A stretch of 63,617 nt of DNA, counting the filler, from Reclinomonas americana ATCC 50394 (Eukaryota), in assembly GCA_048213135.1 (NCBI GenBank). It is 5 parts of 3 records of this genome, joined end to end, with 100 filler letters (N's around TTAATTAATTAA, not from the genome) between each part and the next. Parts side by side here need not be neighbours in the genome. Positions count along the whole stretch, not along the records: positions 62,143 to 63,617 come from PS015160.1; 4 more parts are not named here. One strand, 5' to 3'. Positions 62,619 to 63,617 of the stretch are shown here, in pieces. The position numbers were made by a program, and so were the translations under genes. Position 1 is the stretch's first letter. Every line of letters starts with the position of its first letter. The notes beneath the pieces were generated by a model, which was given only the letters and a program-made list of their open reading frames with translations, had not been told where the DNA came from and did not search any database.

Positions 62619-62906
62619 ACGGTAGAGGGCTGGCAGTGATGCTTTTGTTGGTTTCGTTTTTCGTCGGTGGATTGTCGTATGTGCTTTTCCGTTCTGTGGG
62701 GTTTCCTCTTTCTGGTTTCTCTCAGCTGTTGTTTGGGGTCGTGTTGTTGAGAGAGGGAGAGACAGTCAAGGACGAGGTGACAGCAAGACTGTGCGCTCCT
62801 TTTTATTTTTTGTGGTCCGTGAGCGTGCGAGGTGATTTGTTGTTGGTTGTGTGTGCATGGTTTCCAAGTGGAAATGAATCAACGAGAGTGTTGGTCTTAA
62901 AAGTCG

Positions 62907-63540
62907 TCATGAATTCACTACCATTTCCATCTTCCTCCTCCGCACCCACCATCGAACCAGCAAGAAACACGTCGATACCAACAACACAAACGCCGTCACA
63001 CTTCGTCCGCGCCACCGGAACCGATCCCACAAAAACCACTTGATGTTGCGTGCTACACTGGAGACCGTAAATCGGAGGCGCCACCACAGACTGGCCGGCG
63101 TCCACCGTGACAGGCCTGTGGGCGACGTCTGTCCGCCATCGGCATTGTTCCTGGTCTCCGATCCCTTGTTGCTGTTGGCGACAGTTGCAGCACTCGCGGC
63201 GGCCGCTGCAGGCACTGGCGTGCCGTCGTCCATGTGACGCTGCAGCGACTCCTCCAGAGCACGAATGTGCGTGTCCATGCGCTGCACCTCGGTGCTGAAC
63301 AGCTTCTTCAGCTCCTCGTGCGGCGCCAATGCCGAGGCAATCAAACTCAGTCGGTTGGAGCGCCCCGAATCGCCTGCACCACTGCTGCTCCCCAGCGAAG
63401 TCGCGTCGTCCGTCGCATGTCGCATGGCGGGTGTGAGGGTGGTGTTTTGATTGGCCGCCGCTTCGCCAAGCACGCGCTTTTGCGCGGCATACACGGCCAG
63501 CTCCAGCTTTTCAAGGCTCCTCTCGCCGACCTTTGTGTGC
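62907..63540 (-). CDS. 3' part of a coiled-coil, tail-anchored membrane protein
   Basis: ELKKLFSTEVQRMDTHIRALEESL coil, then a terminal TM segment SVTAFVLLVSTCFLLV followed by a basic WWVRRRK tail. Confidence 0.55.
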
Positions 63541-63566
63541 GCGGGTGAGGGACGAGATAAGGGAGG

Positions 63567-63612
<46 letters not shown>

Positions 63613-63617
63613 GTACA

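Overview
Intron-rich nuclear DNA from a GC-rich unicellular eukaryote (lineage cannot be fixed from this window). It is not prokaryotic: no rRNA, tRNA, CRISPR or clear transposase is visible. The window is a draft pseudo-scaffold, with N gaps and four artificial TTAATTAATTAA linkers that join separate contigs. About 25 densely packed genes with short (mostly 40-100 nt) spliceosomal introns can be spliced by hand. They include NUDCD1, an SDR/enoyl-CoA isomerase fusion, an M1AP-like protein, a GH3 beta-xylosidase, a MATE transporter, a mitochondrial carrier (split by an inverted contig), MOB, a LysM protein, AMP deaminase, GPATCH4, COX7A-like, SKI3/TTC37, a BLM/Sgs1-type RecQ helicase, SWEET, ELP6, FOCAD/RST1-like, a BAR protein, a RING protein and an FN3 GPI-type protein. 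The most striking signal is in the splice sites. At least 35 introns (roughly a fifth of about 180 modelled by eye) start GTTGCG(T/C), which is the local consensus GTGCGT shifted by one base, and nearly all lack both the -1 G and the +5 G. There is also a U2-like AT-AC intron in the AMP deaminase catalytic motif and several weak GC-AG donors. All gene models and family calls are manual and made from recalled motifs; no searches were run.
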